Of a stretch of DNA of 64,000 bases, positions 63,340 through 64,000 are shown piece after piece. The DNA is taken from the NCBI GenBank assembly GCA_963772655.1, contig CAVYYE010000009.1, positions 150,343 through 214,342 of the forward strand, given 5' to 3'. The DNA comes from an uncultured delta proteobacterium. Lineage in GTDB: Bacteria; Myxococcota_A; Polyangia; Haliangiales; Haliangiaceae. A model generated the notes under the pieces. That model saw nothing but the letters and a program-made list of their open reading frames with translations. It was not told the origin of the DNA and ran no database searches. The position numbers were made by a program, and so were the translations under genes. Within the stretch, counting starts at the first letter, position 1. Every line of letters starts with the position of its first letter.

Positions 63340-64000
63340 TGCCAGAGGGGGCATCGTCCGGATCGCGGCGCCTACCGTTCGTCTTCCAGACCAGCGGCGG
63401 ACTGGGTCGACTCGTCCTCGATAACCTGGTCGTCGGCCCGTTCGTGGTCGATCACCTCGAGCTCGAGGTCTCCGATCTCGGCACCGATCCGGGAGTCGCG
63501 CCACCTCCGGAGCGCTTCCAGCGCCGGCGCACCCATCTCAAGTCGGTCGCCGTCCGCGTCGTCGCGGGCGCGATCGAGGAGCGCCTGGCGCAGGTGCGCA
63601 AGCAGCTCGCCGCGCTCGGGATCGCGCAGCTGTCGGCGCGCCTCAACGACGGCTTCGTCTCGGTGCGCGCGCGTGCCGCCGACGGGCTCGCCGCCGCCGA
63701 CATCAGCTTCCGGATCCAGCTCGTCCACGCCGGTACCCACCTGCGCGCACTCGCCAGCGTGATCCGCGTCCACGGGCACCTACCGTCTCCCGGTCCGGTG
63801 ATCGCGGATCGCATCCTCGCGACGCTGCTCGGCGCGACCGAGAGCGCCGGTGTGATCGAGCGCCCGCGATCGCGCGGGCTGTGCGACGTCGAGATCGATC
63901 TGATCGACGGCCTGCTCTGGTACCTGATGCCGCCGAACGGCTGGCGCTTGCCGGCTGTCACCGACATCGAGCTGGTCGCGATCCGGATCCACCGGAGCTC
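63340..64000 (+). CDS. Probable 5'-partial-window CDS (GTG start, runs off the end), hypothetical
   Basis: A 220-codon open frame from GTG 63340 to the window end, with strong GC3 bias (ctc/gtc/gac/ggc). It is absent from the ORF table, which lists only the three overlapping minus-strand ORFs here; those are R/S-rich and look like shadows. Confidence 0.3.

Overview
This window is high-GC (about 70%) chromosomal DNA with a myxobacterial / deltaproteobacterial character. It has TPR, FHA, PEGA and Ser/Thr-kinase proteins, many GTG starts, and abundant out-of-frame shadow ORFs. It is densely packed with housekeeping genes, most on the minus strand: a sigma-70 factor, psd, glnB, engB, rimI, argG/argF/argD, an Hsp70 module, hslVU, xerC, trmFO, topA, dprA, cpoB, hemC/hemA, trxA, and mreBCD-mrdA-rodA. 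Lineage-specific paralog pairs and fusion genes are interspersed. There is no CRISPR array, rRNA, tRNA or obvious mobile element. The most unusual locus is 52.0-53.6 kb. A single ORF fuses a complete RNA 2'-phosphotransferase (Tpt1/KptA, catalytic R-H-R-R tetrad intact) to a C-terminal bacterial-type PARG / DUF2263 macrodomain carrying the PGGG-X7-QEE signature. It is transcribed divergently from a LysR-type regulator, behind an unusually AT-rich TTGACG-N16-TATATT promoter and a perfect 9-3-9 palindromic operator abutting the GTG start. This looks like a self-contained NAD+-dependent nucleic-acid ADP-ribosylation writer/eraser module. Other notable points: tandem zinc-ribbon/double-FHA paralogs with in-frame microsatellites; psd translationally coupled to a SAM methyltransferase that carries a roughly 450-aa acidic disordered N-terminus; a non-RD Ser/Thr kinase directly upstream of PII; a CoaE-SDR fusion; an Hsp70 / J-protein / TPR-protein triad embedded in the arg operon; a Firmicutes-like dprA-topA-trmFO-xerC-hslVU supercluster interrupted by two lineage-specific tandem paralog pairs; and an 88-bp hairpin-containing tandem duplication between convergent genes.
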